Positions 60,604 to 64,000 of a stretch of 64,000 bases of DNA are shown here, piece after piece (the first letter of the stretch is position 1; every line of letters starts with the position of its first letter). The notes beneath the pieces are model-generated. The model did not search any database. It was not told where the DNA came from and saw only the letters and a list, made by a program, of their open reading frames with translations. Source of the stretch: Myxococcota bacterium (GTDB lineage Bacteria > Myxococcota_A > SURF-8 > G963663525); NCBI GenBank assembly GCA_963676915.2, contig CAXXVK010000060.1, forward strand, positions 1-64,000, in the 5' to 3' direction. Made by a program: the position numbers and the translations under genes.

Positions 60604-62106
60604 TCAACGGGTTGCGGTCAAGGGTTTGTTCGTATCGGATTCGCCTTTGCCGTCCTCCGACACAGCCTCTTCCTCGGTTTCGGGTGTCAAAGGCACGGTT
60701 TGCTGGTAGGTCCGATACAACGTGAGAATCCCGTTTACATAGTTGACCGTCTGCCGTCCATCGCAATAACCGCTTCGATATTGTCGGTAATAGTGCCAGC
60801 TCATCAAGTGCAATAAAGCTTGTTCGACGTTATTTTCCCAGATCATCGGGTTGAGTTTGTAATCCAGGCAGAGCACACGAGCGTCCCGAACGTGCCCCGC
60901 TCCGGCGTTGAAAGCCGCCAGGGCAAACTTGATGCGTTCTTCCTCCCCGAGATGGAGAAATTGCGAACGCAGCCGCGATAAAAACCGCACCCCACAGTGA
61001 ATGTTCGCTTCATTGGATGCAAAACAGTTCATTTTCAGGTCTTTGGCGGCAATCGGCATGATTTGCATAATGCCTTTGGCTCCCGCCCAGCTTTTCGAGG
61101 ACGGATCGAAGCGCGATTCGTGCCAGGCCAGCGCGGCAATCAGTCGCCAATCGAAATCGTAGCGTTCGGCGTATTTTCGAAACAGATCATCCCAGCGACT
61201 AAGCCGTCCCGAGGAAAGCGTGAACTGGTTGTGGGAACGTTGCCGGGTCAGACGTCCCCGGTCGGCATAGTAGCGTCGCTCGATAATCGCATACCATTTT
61301 CGTCTCAAGATGCGAGTCAGAAACGCATCCAGCGCTTTTTTCAATTCGGGGGCGTTTTGCCGAAGCGCAAACGCGGTTCCCTTCGTTTCGCCAATGGCCG
61401 GACCGACGCGCAGCCCTTGGGTTGAGGCGGTTTCCAACTCGGCTACGGAGCGATCCGCCACCGTAACGTTGATCTCCCCCGAAGCGACCTGCTGCAAAAC
61501 TTCCGCTTCTTCCAGTGTTTCCGGCAACAACGTAAGATCCGCCTTTTTCCCGAAACGAATTTCGAGCTGGCGAATAGCATCGAGCGCCGGGCTATGGTCT
61601 CGAACGTGGATTTCGTGTGTAAAAAGCTCTTCCGGTCGTTCGATTTTCTCGACTTCCTCTGAAAAAACGGCAACTTGAGTGGTCTCCCGATAGGGAATGG
61701 AAAAGTCCGCCACGGCTTCACGAGCCAACGAGGGTGTGATCCCCGCCCCGATGACATCGACTTGTCCCGAATCGAGCAACTCGACCATAGCCTCCCACGA
61801 ATTCGAGGGAACGACTTCGATCAGAAGGCCGTTTTTCTTGGCGAACTTCTGCAGGATATCGAACTCGAACCCCATCTGCGAACCCTTGAACAAAAAGTAG
61901 TTGGTTTCGTTGTTGCGGGTCGCCAGACGCAGCACGCCATCCTGTCGAATCTGTTCCAGGTCACGCAATACCACCTTGCGGACGTGCAGGGGCAACCCCT
62001 TCGCCTTGTCGGGTGTGGAACGGTCCGCTTCGCAGGACCAGAGCAGAATCGCGAGACTTCCGAAGAGAATCACGTTCCGGCAAATGTGCAACAACATCAC
62101 TGTCAT
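60604..62106 (-). CDS. mltF: MltF-like lytic transglycosylase (substrate-binding domain + SLT), lipoprotein
   Basis: LWSC lipobox, GFEFD..FA, DWRLIAALAWHESRFDP, GAKGIMQIMP, AAFNAGAGHV.DAR. Confidence 0.88.
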   Translation of the reverse strand: MTVMLLHICRNVILFGSLAILLWSCEADRSTPDKAKGLPLHVRKVVLRDLEQIRQDGVLRLATRNNETNYFLFKGSQMGFEFDILQKFAKKNGLLIEVVPSNSWEAMVELLDSGQVDVIGAGITPSLAREAVADFSIPYRETTQVAVFSEEVEKIERPEELFTHEIHVRDHSPALDAIRQLEIRFGKKADLTLLPETLEEAEVLQQVASGEINVTVADRSVAELETASTQGLRVGPAIGETKGTAFALRQNAPELKKALDAFLTRILRRKWYAIIERRYYADRGRLTRQRSHNQFTLSSGRLSRWDDLFRKYAERYDFDWRLIAALAWHESRFDPSSKSWAGAKGIMQIMPIAAKDLKMNCFASNEANIHCGVRFLSRLRSQFLHLGEEERIKFALAAFNAGAGHVRDARVLCLDYKLNPMIWENNVEQALLHLMSWHYYRQYRSGYCDGRQTVNYVNGILTLYRTYQQTVPLTPETEEEAVSEDGKGESDTNKPLTATR

Positions 62107-62136
62107 GGTATCCGGTGGGTTCGTTCGATTCCCTGG

Positions 62137-62165
62137 ATTATCAGGGTAAAACCGGATTTCGTCAA
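62137..62165 (-). promoter_or_regulatory. sigma70 promoter of mltF
   Basis: Minus strand TTGACG-17 nt-GATAAT; supports the start at 62106 rather than 62196. Confidence 0.6.
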
Positions 62166-62410
62166 GTCGGGCCGGGAAACGAGAAGCGTCATGCACGTAA
62201 ATGCATAAGTGAAAATGGAAATTGTCGGTACCGGGCGTCAGTCCGAATTGTTCATGGGTATTCGTTGCGAGACGCAGAAAACCGAAGAACTTTCATGAAG
62301 TTGTCTGAACGTGGACAGGAGGAATTTTCAGGATGACTTCTACTGGAGGAAAATTCCAGTCAGACTGTCCAACCGGCATTCCCCTAGGTTTTTTCCAACA
62401 AGTCCGTGGC

Positions 62411-62887
62411 CTATTTTTTCAATGGGTCAGGGGGGCGGAATTCGGACAACCGGTCGATGGTCCAGAATTTCCGGCTTCGAAGGTGACTTTTGGTTTTGCC
62501 CGTAATTTCGACGGATAGCGCGGCAATGGATGGAAAAACGTTGCCGTTATAGACGATTTTTCCGCTGTCATTGACTCGCGCCCGGTACTGTTTGCCTTTG
62601 TATTTCGTGCAAATCGTACATCCCGGTTCGAGATCCCGCTTGCGTCGTTCGGGTAAAAAACCTTTTTCGGCGAAAACATCGCTCAAATCGTAGCCTTTTT
62701 TATTCAAAACATCGAAAGTTTCGTTGAGCACGTCGAACAGACGATCTTCGAGCTCGATGAGGTGTTTCAATTCCTCCCGAAGATGCTCATCCCGATCGAG
62801 TTTTTTCATGTTCCGCTTGCGCTCTTGGGCGATGATTTCCTGACGTTGCCGCAATTCGTAGAACAAATCTTTGATCGATGGTGCCAT
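62411..62887 (-). CDS. Hypothetical protein: N-terminal coiled coil + C-terminal RAMA/DUF2924-like putative DNA-binding domain
   Basis: Heptad-rich residues 1-62; C-terminal PG..I..KYKGKQYRARV.DSGKIVYNGNVFPSIAALS.EITG......FW. Confidence 0.65.
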   Translation of the reverse strand: MAPSIKDLFYELRQRQEIIAQERKRNMKKLDRDEHLREELKHLIELEDRLFDVLNETFDVLNKKGYDLSDVFAEKGFLPERRKRDLEPGCTICTKYKGKQYRARVNDSGKIVYNGNVFPSIAALSVEITGKTKSHLRSRKFWTIDRLSEFRPPDPLKK

Positions 62888-63014
62888 GGGTCGTATTTTT
62901 CGGGTAAACGGTTTCGTAACTCCTTGATCGATAAAGATGATCCCCGCTTTCCAGCACGCATATCCGCATGAAAAGCAAAGGAATCGACGTAATCATCACT
63001 TTAACCTGTTAATC

Positions 63015-63043
63015 AATATACGCTTAATAGGTTCAAAAGTCAA
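63015..63043 (-). promoter_or_regulatory. Near-consensus sigma70 promoter of the RAMA-like gene
   Basis: Minus strand TTGACT-17 nt-TATATT in AT-rich DNA. Confidence 0.7.
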
Positions 63044-63231
63044 CAGGATACAACAAAAAGAGTCGATTCAATGGAAATTCAGGTGGCCTTGTGCCCGGAA
63101 TTTCTTGTTTTTTTCAAGAAAATCAATCGGGAGACTGAAGAAAAACTTAAGAAATTACGACGATAACGAAGATTATCGTAAAGCCTGTGCGGATATCATG
63201 TTTCTTGCAGGGCTTGCCGCTTAAGAAACCG

Positions 63232-64000
63232 TTATTCCAAAAACAGCACACGACTGAGGCTGATAGCGTCTTTGCGTTCGAGAGAGAGTATCCCGGCTGC
63301 CAGACCGCCATAGGTTTCGGCGCATAACTGCGCCCATTGGTCGGCCCGTTCTCGGGTGACTTCTCCTGCTTCGTCGAGGTGGCTTTGCATCCATTCACGA
63401 AGCGTTTCGGTGAAATCCGAGCTGGGACGAAATCCGCCGGAGGGGTGCTTTACCAGAGTAAGATCGAGAAAATCCCTGAAATTCTCATGAGATAGCAACA
63501 CCGCTTCTTTGTCCGCTCCAAGCTTGTGCCGAGCAAAAGCCGTCAACGTGACCTTGATCAGCAACAGCGGCGAGTCGTCTTCGGAAACGAAACCGTAGGT
63601 TCGTCGGGCGAGGGCGGCTTTGTCCAGTTTCATTCGCTCGAACAACAGCCGGAACACGAAATCCAGTCGCTCGATAGACGCCATGGCTTTACGATATTCG
63701 TCGAGACTGCTCAACTCGTGCGGTTCGGGACGATCCTCGATGAAATCCGCCGGAAGCATCGGAGGCTGGCCGTTCAGCCCCAATAAAAGCTCGCGGGCCG
63801 GACGTGGCAGCAGCGCCAGTGAGTTGGGATCGCGGTTCGGGGCATGGCGTTCGATAAAATTTTTGGCGACCCGGTTGAGTCGGGCACTCAAAGCATAGCC
63901 GCAACGGAACACCGAAACCAGCGGAAGGCTTTGCAAATAATCCATCGCCAGAGAGGAATCCGAGTCCGAAAGAAACTGCAATCCCGTCGCCAGGTGATTC
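63232..64000 (-). CDS. DUF6178-like protein, C-terminal part (open to the window edge)
   Basis: Frame is open to the edge (NHLATGLQFLS..); L..VFRCGYAL and L.GL..PP motifs resemble the deltaproteobacterial DUF6178 family. Confidence 0.55.
   Translation of the reverse strand, partial: NHLATGLQFLSDSDSSLAMDYLQSLPLVSVFRCGYALSARLNRVAKNFIERHAPNRDPNSLALLPRPARELLLGLNGQPPMLPADFIEDRPEPHELSSLDEYRKAMASIERLDFVFRLLFERMKLDKAALARRTYGFVSEDDSPLLLIKVTLTAFARHKLGADKEAVLLSHENFRDFLDLTLVKHPSGGFRPSSDFTETLREWMQSHLDEAGEVTRERADQWAQLCAETYGGLAAGILSLERKDAISLSRVLFLE

Noticed and set aside
1-64000. Prophage, integron, defence island or autonomous transposon
   Set aside because: No integrase, transposase, phage structural, cas or restriction-modification genes were recognised.

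Overview
A 64-kb chromosomal window of moderately high GC from a Gram-negative bacterium. Gene content (nuo order, PilT, Cys-rich lipoproteins, DUF6178) suggests a Myxococcota/deltaproteobacterial lineage; this is an inference. Housekeeping blocks: triple parvulin/surA-pdxA, rsfS-rlmH, asd-paaI-sfsA, yhaM, thiolase, ymdB, pgeF, a partial complex I operon (nuoEFG-JKLMN, no nuoH/I), porin, MCP, trkH, polA, pilT and mltF. Standout items: (1) one uninterrupted 1436-aa ORF fusing a complete DNA topoisomerase III to a complete RecQ helicase with Zn/WH/HRDC domains; (2) a ~3630-aa Cys-rich surface lipoprotein with internalin-like LRRs, a NIDO-like domain, 8 x 165-bp tandem repeats and a knottin-like C-terminus, broken by one extra G in a G5 run; (3) several families of intergenic REP-doublet elements, some enclosed in outer terminal inverted repeats; (4) an orphan cysteate synthase; (5) a small coiled-coil + RAMA-like protein with a near-consensus sigma70 promoter; (6) a PdxA with altered substrate-binding residues. 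No rRNA, tRNA, CRISPR array or transposase was seen. The first ~830 bp carry five homopolymer frameshifts, so single-base indels in this window may be sequencing errors. All family assignments come from motif recognition by eye; no database search was run.
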